Virus record (IMG/VR): IMGVR_UViG_3300020047_007580
Origin: a virus
Taxonomy: Duplodnaviria; Heunggongvirae; Uroviricota; Caudoviricetes; Crassvirales
Length of the DNA: 12,023 nt
Reading direction: 5' to 3' (one strand)
Made by a program: the position numbers and the translations under genes. This document shows positions 1-5,216 of this stretch, in pieces. The notes beneath the pieces were generated by a model. The model made no database searches and had not been told where the DNA came from. It saw nothing but the letters and a program-made list of their open reading frames with translations. How positions within the stretch are numbered: the first letter of the stretch is position 1; the number at the start of each line of letters is the position of its first letter.

Positions 1-1978
1 AAAATACTTGCATCATTTTATTGAATTGAATATTTTGAGCTCTCCATTGGTCAGTAGGCGCAGCCTTAAAACCTTCTCTTGTCAGTCCATTTCCTAGGGC
101 AGAGTTATTTGAATAAGAATCAGAAGCTAACTCATGATAATCAGTAGCTCCAATAAAAGGAACTTGTTGCTGAATTAATGGTCTTTGCAAAGAAGGCATC
201 TTCAAAGAGTCAGAGTCGTTAGATAAGTTTGCTAATATAGTTTTATTTGTTTCTTTTCCTGTTTTTTTAAGATTTGCAATCATTGAGTTAATCAATCCTT
301 GACAAATTATAGTTTTATCACCTTCTGTACGATTGGATCTTAATATTCTATATCCAATTGGTTTCTCGTCATTATCAGGAAGTGAAGACAACCACGTATA
401 AAATTCAGGTTTCATTAAAGCTACTATGTTATTTCCTAATCCATTTAAGTTTCCATCGGGAGCTTTTATGTCAGCTATCCATTTAGGAAAACTGTATTGC
501 CCTTTTTTATTATAAAATTCAATTGCGAATCTATATATCTCTCTACTTTTTAACAACTTCTTAGAAGCCAAGTCTTCAATTGGAACCGGTCCGTTACTAT
601 GGTCAATGTATAACTTTATGTATTTTCCTTCCGCTCCATAAGTTGATCCGTTTTTTACATACTTATAAATATTGTAATCTCTATTTATTGAATCATGCTT
701 AAGGTCTAATGCATAAGTTGTCGTATTAATTGTAATGATATTTGCTGGAGTGTTAGTCGTAACTCCTCCGGCTCCATCGGAAACAACATCGCTCCATACT
801 TGAACTTGTCCTGATGAATTATGAGCATATGCTCTCATGTCAATATCAAGATCAAACTTAAGCTCTTTTACGTTAAATAAAAACAGTCTTAAATTTTTAG
901 ATTCAATATGTTTTGGTATAGATACATTACTTCCAAGAAATAAAAATTCAGCTAATGATACAGATTGAACTGATATTCCAGGATCACTAAATTGAGTTTC
1001 TGAATAATTACTTATTAATCCGTCCAAAACTACAGATATAGATGGAGATTGATTGTATGATGTATACTTTATTGCGTATATTTTTATGTGAGTATAATTA
1101 GTATCTAGTTCTTTTATACTTATAGTAGGCATTGACGCAACAACTTCATTTAAATCTCCTCCACCTGTAGACTTACCAAGTTCTATCATTTCCGATAATG
1201 GAGATATTGCTGTTTGAGATCCGTTTATTCTATATAAATTATACGCGTATTGAACAACGCCGGCAGTGTGACTTCCTCCAGAATTTAAAGAAACAAGAGT
1301 AGGCTGTGACGTATTGAACTTACCAACAGAGTCTACAACTGAAACACTCATGTCTATTAATTCTTCAAGATCTTTGTTTGCTATTGATTGTTTTAAATTT
1401 ATAAATCTTAATTGACTTCTTCCGTCTACCCAATATACTTTTTCTATAATTGAATTTTCATAATTATAAATAGCTTGTATTGGATGATTAGAAGAGAATT
1501 GCATATCTCTCATATACTTAAGTCTAACAACTATTGGTAGGTTAGTTGATATATTTTCAACTTCCCAAATACAATCAAATCCTGCATCGTCAGTAGTAAA
1601 TAATATTACGTTGTCTCTAGAGTATGCTTTTCCTATAATAACTTGAGTTCCAGAAACTTTTGCAGTTTGATCAGGATTCGTATATGTTAATTCTATTTCA
1701 GAACGAGGTATAACTGTTCCTGGAGTTATGTAAGGAAGACTTAAAGCTATATTATCAATACCGGTATAGTTTATTCTTCTGTTTGCTAAATCTATTGCCG
1801 GTATAGGTATTGTGAATAATAGCGAATTTCCATGTTCATTTGTAACTGAAAATGTACTCTGTTGATCTGTCGCTATAATACGTATATTCTTTGCGTCAAA
1901 ATACATTTGTCCAGGGAATTTACTTTTAGATAAATCCTTTACCATTCCTTCTGGGCTTAATTTTAATTGCTTCATCAT
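1..1978 (-). CDS. Muzzle / tail stabilisation protein, crAss-like (5' part, 659 codons, runs off the left edge)
   Basis: Not in the ORF track. Hand translation from ATG at 1978 gives MMKQLKLSPEGMVKDLSKSKF...FDAKNIRI...YNYENSIIEKVYWVDGRSQLRFINL...REIYRFAIEFYNKKGQYSFPKWIADIKAP...QVF, with no stop found. The YENxxIxKxYWxDG and EIYRFxIxFYNxxG motifs match my recollection of the crAss stabilisation/muzzle family. It lies 4 nt downstream of the ring gene, as in PhiCrAss001 gp43-gp44. Confidence 0.85.
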   Translation of the reverse strand, partial: MMKQLKLSPEGMVKDLSKSKFPGQMYFDAKNIRIIATDQQSTFSVTNEHGNSLLFTIPIPAIDLANRRINYTGIDNIALSLPYITPGTVIPRSEIELTYTNPDQTAKVSGTQVIIGKAYSRDNVILFTTDDAGFDCIWEVENISTNLPIVVRLKYMRDMQFSSNHPIQAIYNYENSIIEKVYWVDGRSQLRFINLKQSIANKDLEELIDMSVSVVDSVGKFNTSQPTLVSLNSGGSHTAGVVQYAYNLYRINGSQTAISPLSEMIELGKSTGGGDLNEVVASMPTISIKELDTNYTHIKIYAIKYTSYNQSPSISVVLDGLISNYSETQFSDPGISVQSVSLAEFLFLGSNVSIPKHIESKNLRLFLFNVKELKFDLDIDMRAYAHNSSGQVQVWSDVVSDGAGGVTTNTPANIITINTTTYALDLKHDSINRDYNIYKYVKNGSTYGAEGKYIKLYIDHSNGPVPIEDLASKKLLKSREIYRFAIEFYNKKGQYSFPKWIADIKAPDGNLNGLGNNIVALMKPEFYTWLSSLPDNDEKPIGYRILRSNRTEGDKTIICQGLINSMIANLKKTGKETNKTILANLSNDSDSLKMPSLQRPLIQQQVPFIGATDYHELASDSYSNNSALGNGLTREGFKAAPTDQWRAQNIQFNKMMQVF

Positions 1979-1982
1979 AGTA

Positions 1983-2690
1983 TTAATGTATTTTCATAAA
2001 TTCTCTTGATCCTAAATACTTCATTCTTTCATTGAATTGGTTTGTATTAGGTAATATTTGTCGTATGCTATTTGTGAACGCTTCCATTTCAGCTTCATCT
2101 GGCATTATTAAATCAGACTGAGCTTGACCAACGTTAAAGCAATAATCTACTTCTGCTTTATTTAATTTTCTATCAGATACCTTATCCATATCGTTTAGAA
2201 TATCAAACCATTTATATTTTATATAACTTTCTATACACCTAATTAGTTTGATGTTATCAGGTATCATTGGATAACAGTCTTCGTCAATGGCAATAGCTTT
2301 ATATGCTATTGCTAATTCTCCATTTTCTATGTTTGTATTTATCTTTGAATTGGACAAACTGTATGTAATTGAAGAGTTATTAGTTTCTGACAATTCTACT
2401 TTATCATAATGATCATGTATAATATCAGTTCCTTTGTTTAATGGAACCAAAGTCCCTCCTTTATTGTAGTAAACCTGTTCTGTATAAATCAAATCAATTG
2501 GCAAGTCTCCTTTGAATTGTTTTATAGTTATTTTTTCCATTTTAGTAGCATAGATTGGAGGCATGTTTACCAGCCTAAGGCATTCAACAGTTTTATCTAT
2601 AATAAACTCAAAGTTAATATCTTTCATTATAGGATTCATCATTAATCTATCGGCGATAGATTTAACGGAAATAAAGTGTCCTGATATCAT
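1983..2690 (-). CDS. Tail ring / tail tubular protein (portal-proximal ring R1-like), 235 aa
   Basis: Motifs IAYKAIxxDEDxYPxIPDN, YIKxxW, VGQAQxxLxxP and EMExxT recalled from the crAss tail tubular family. Located between the IHF-like gene and the muzzle gene. Confidence 0.8.
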   Translation of the reverse strand: MISGHFISVKSIADRLMMNPIMKDINFEFIIDKTVECLRLVNMPPIYATKMEKITIKQFKGDLPIDLIYTEQVYYNKGGTLVPLNKGTDIIHDHYDKVELSETNNSSITYSLSNSKINTNIENGELAIAYKAIAIDEDCYPMIPDNIKLIRCIESYIKYKWFDILNDMDKVSDRKLNKAEVDYCFNVGQAQSDLIMPDEAEMEAFTNSIRQILPNTNQFNERMKYLGSREFMKIH

Positions 2691-2692
2691 AA

Positions 2693-3232
2693 TTAGTATT
2701 CGTTTACAAAAGCATCTATCTTTCCTTTAAATATGGATTGAGATAGATCTCTTTTAAGTTGTCTGTTAAATTTTATTGTGTATAAGCTCTTATTTTTAAA
2801 GTCAGCTTTAGACTTAAGATAAGTTATTTTAAATGTATGACTGTCAGTATGTTCATTAGTGAATCTGATTTTAATCTTTTTCTCTTCTGCTACTTTATTT
2901 TCTAGCCAAAGCTTTCTTGTTTCTTTCCAGTTAACCGGTAAATTATTTACTATATTTCCGTTAGCATCTATTTTTACTTCAGTTTTTGACTTACGCAATT
3001 CAGCTCTTCCCATTTTTTTTGGAAATAAAATGTCTTTTCCTTTCATCGAAAGTCCATCTCGCAAAAAAGCGTTATACTCTTTAATAATCTCTCCGTAGAC
3101 TTTCCTGCTGATTTTAGAGTTTTTGTTTTTTAATTTAAACTCTCTATAATAATCATTTACTCCGTAATCAGCAGTTGCTCTATGTATTCTATTTTTCTTC
3201 TCTATCGTCTGTTGAATCATTTTTATCGTCAT
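2693..3232 (-). CDS. crAss IHF/HU-like basic protein, 179 aa (start may be the second ATG at 3220)
   Basis: Lys/Arg-rich. Motifs FPKKMGxxxL, LPVNWKETRKLW, KNKSLYxxKFNRxLKRxL and KGKIDAF recalled from the crAss IHF-like family. Conserved position just upstream of the tail tubular gene. Confidence 0.7.
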   Translation of the reverse strand: MTIKMIQQTIEKKNRIHRATADYGVNDYYREFKLKNKNSKISRKVYGEIIKEYNAFLRDGLSMKGKDILFPKKMGRAELRKSKTEVKIDANGNIVNNLPVNWKETRKLWLENKVAEEKKIKIRFTNEHTDSHTFKITYLKSKADFKNKSLYTIKFNRQLKRDLSQSIFKGKIDAFVNEY

Positions 3233-3860
3233 TAGGTGTTTGCAAAGTTACAACTAAATCTTTACGAATCAAAGATACTATGTCGTCAATCATGTAACCT
3301 TCTATTGGATATTCATTTTCGAGATCATCACATACTGATAAGCAAGACATTTCGTTAGCTTTGGTAGGTGATTCAAATACACCTCTTGCTATTACTTTGC
3401 TCATCATCATAAAGTTTGTTCTCTTTGAATAAAAATAAATTCTACCATCTGTGTTTATTGCAGTATAGATCTGATTGTTTAGATACTTATTGTGACCTAA
3501 AAATGGAAATCTTTCCATTGATACAGAATTAAATCCTGTTGAAAAATTATCTATACTTCTTACAGTTATAAGATCTTCTCTTCCTGAAATATTTATTACT
3601 GTAGGTATAATTTGCTTAGTTCTAAGTATATGACCTAGTAATGGAGATCCGGTTATGGCATCTACAACTTCTAAATCAAGACAAATTTCCGATAGACACG
3701 CTACCGGAATTGACTTTGTTACATTACTGAATGTTTGCTTTATTAGCACCATTCTTTTTACGTCTATAAGATGTGAAATATATTCATTAGTAAAGATGTC
3801 GTCATCAGTGCTAATTTGAAGTTTTTCCTTTACATCATAAATTACTTCTAGTTTAGTCAT
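3189..3860 (-). CDS. Tail ring protein (R2-like), 223 aa from the probable start at 3860
   Basis: MTKLEVIYD...STDDDIF...HLIDVKRxxLIKQxFS start and C...YPIE...PNDDKNDSTDD end resemble the crAss second ring family. The ATG at 3860 overlaps the upstream TAA (ATGACTAA), which favours it over the track start at 3896. Confidence 0.72.
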   Translation of the reverse strand: MTKLEVIYDVKEKLQISTDDDIFTNEYISHLIDVKRMVLIKQTFSNVTKSIPVACLSEICLDLEVVDAITGSPLLGHILRTKQIIPTVINISGREDLITVRSIDNFSTGFNSVSMERFPFLGHNKYLNNQIYTAINTDGRIYFYSKRTNFMMMSKVIARGVFESPTKANEMSCLSVCDDLENEYPIEGYMIDDIVSLIRKDLVVTLQTPNDDKNDSTDDREEK

Positions 3861-4866
3861 TTTTGTATAATTTGTTATTAAAAAATAATCCGTCATTATA
3901 AGGAATGGCTGTAACTCTAGATATATTGTCTTTACCTAAATTAATTACAGCAAGTCCATTAGTCCACGCTTCTTTTTGAAATCCTGACATATAATTAAAT
4001 ACAGGTGCTGTTCTGTCTCCTCCAAATCCGCAGTTGTATGACGATAATCCTCCTTCAAGATGAGTATTGAATCTGTGAGTATGAAAGAAAACTACATTTC
4101 TTCTAAGAGTTGTCAAGTGTTTATGCGCAGAGTGAGTTGTACACCACATTCCGTGCATTATCTCAGTATCTCCAATTATTACTTTTGCATTTCTCCAGTC
4201 TTTTTGAAAGTTGTAACCTCTTTTTTCGAAACATGAATGATACGGACTCATTGATGATTGGTGTCCTAATTTTGAGTTGTCAGATTGTTTTGTGTATTGT
4301 AAATACCAGTCTTCGTGATTGCCATAGAAATACTCCTTTTCTACCTTTCTCGTTCCAATAGCATCGTCAATTTGGTCCAAGTATTCATTTGCCTCTTTAT
4401 ATTCTCTAGCTAGATCATAACCTAGAACCGGCATTAATCCTTTAGCATGCCTTGAGATTGATGACATATCTAAAATATCTCCAGCTAAAACAATTCCTTT
4501 TAAATCAGGACAGTCTTTTATTAATTTAATAACTGAAGCAAAAAAATCATTATTAACCCATGGCAAATGCAAACATCCTAACACAATATAATTACCTTCT
4601 TTATATTCTTTCTTTACGTACTCTGGTGTCGCTGGAGAATTTTTTGCCTGGTTTACTAAATCAAGAGCCTTGTCGTATTCTCCTCTTTTCATTAATTCAG
4701 ATAATTTGTCAATTCCTTTTGTTGACTCTTCTAGTCTTAATTCTTTAAGCGCAACAGCGCAGTCATTTACATTTTCAATACCTAAAGCTTTAGCCAATGC
4801 GTATTTTCCAAACTTTTTATAACCTGGCTTTTGTTTTAGAAACAATTTAATCTCTCTCTTATCCAT
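3853..4866 (-). CDS. Calcineurin-like metallophosphoesterase with a basic N-terminal helical extension, 337 aa
   Basis: Ordered motifs GCLH (variant of DxH), GDILD, GNHE, HG and FHTH (variant of GHxH). The roughly 85-aa N-terminal part is basic and helical-looking (FLKQKPGYKKFGKYALAKALG). Confidence 0.85.
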   Translation of the reverse strand: MDKREIKLFLKQKPGYKKFGKYALAKALGIENVNDCAVALKELRLEESTKGIDKLSELMKRGEYDKALDLVNQAKNSPATPEYVKKEYKEGNYIVLGCLHLPWVNNDFFASVIKLIKDCPDLKGIVLAGDILDMSSISRHAKGLMPVLGYDLAREYKEANEYLDQIDDAIGTRKVEKEYFYGNHEDWYLQYTKQSDNSKLGHQSSMSPYHSCFEKRGYNFQKDWRNAKVIIGDTEIMHGMWCTTHSAHKHLTTLRRNVVFFHTHRFNTHLEGGLSSYNCGFGGDRTAPVFNYMSGFQKEAWTNGLAVINLGKDNISRVTAIPYNDGLFFNNKLYKND

Positions 4867-4886
4867 ATATAAATTTTTTTATGTTG

Positions 4887-4915
4887 CAAAATTAGGGATA
4901 TGTTTTTAATTTCAA
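4887..4915 (-). promoter_or_regulatory. Bacteroidota primary-sigma-type promoter upstream of the phosphoesterase
   Basis: Minus strand reads TTG (4915-4913), an 18-nt spacer, then TAATTTTG (4894-4887) and CAAC. This matches the established -33 TTG / -7 TAnnTTTG consensus. An A-rich leader of 20 nt follows before the ATG at 4866. Confidence 0.7.
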
Positions 4916-4925
4916 CATATCCCTA
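4893..4925. repeat. Perfect 12-bp inverted repeat with a 9-nt loop (hairpin, possible weak terminator or operator)
   Basis: TAGGGATATGTT (4893-4904) / AACATATCCCTA (4914-4925). Intergenic; on the minus strand it is followed by ATTTTG. Confidence 0.85.
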
Positions 4926-4939
4926 TAATAATCTAATTG

Positions 4940-5191
4940 TTAGAAGCGTCTTTTTAAATTTAAATAACTTAACAGCAATTCTTCTATGTAGATCATTTCT
5001 TCTCCCCATAAAGAAAATTCCTCTTCTGTTAATTGATAATTTCCATTTGCTAAAACACCTCCTGACTCATCTTGAACTTCGTAGTATGTTGAACATGTTA
5101 TTGAATTTGTTTCGAATGGTAAAATTCTAACTAGTAATTGAACTCCGTCTTTTAAAGGCAAGCCTAATTTAATTGCTTCTATTTGTATCAT
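4940..5191 (-). CDS. Small fibre-associated protein, probable tail fibre assembly chaperone, 83 aa
   Basis: Directly downstream of the fibre gene. Motif TCxxYYxxxD...LxxGNYxLTEEEFxxWG resembles small proteins that I recall following fibre genes in Flavobacteriia phages. The chaperone role is inferred from position. Confidence 0.55.
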   Translation of the reverse strand: MIQIEAIKLGLPLKDGVQLLVRILPFETNSITCSTYYEVQDESGGVLANGNYQLTEEEFSLWGEEMIYIEELLLSYLNLKRRF

Positions 5192-5216
5192 GTTTTTATT
5201 TTTTTTAATTATTTAA

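Noticed and set aside
2609-2616. TAACTTTG box on the minus strand inside the ring gene
   Set aside because: This short motif is expected several times by chance in AT-rich DNA. It is intragenic with no hairpin or other support.
3012-3020. A-run (minus strand) in the IHF-like gene as a frameshift or phase-variation site
   Set aside because: It encodes ordinary Lys codons in a Lys-rich protein, with no evident stimulatory structure or useful alternative frame.
2859-3098. Plus-strand 79-aa ORF
   Set aside because: Antisense shadow of the Lys-rich IHF-like gene. The Phe/Leu/Ser bias is the expected reverse complement.
3861-3896. 12-codon N-terminal extension of the ring gene in the ORF track
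   Set aside because: It lies wholly within the upstream gene. The ATG at 3860 gives an 8-nt coupled overlap and the family-like start.
4110-4748. Plus-strand ORFs of 83 aa and 62 aa
   Set aside because: Fully antisense to the phosphoesterase gene, with no motifs or expression signals.
4900-5130. Plus-strand 76-aa ORF
   Set aside because: Antisense to the 83-aa gene and the promoter region; low-complexity Leu-rich shadow.
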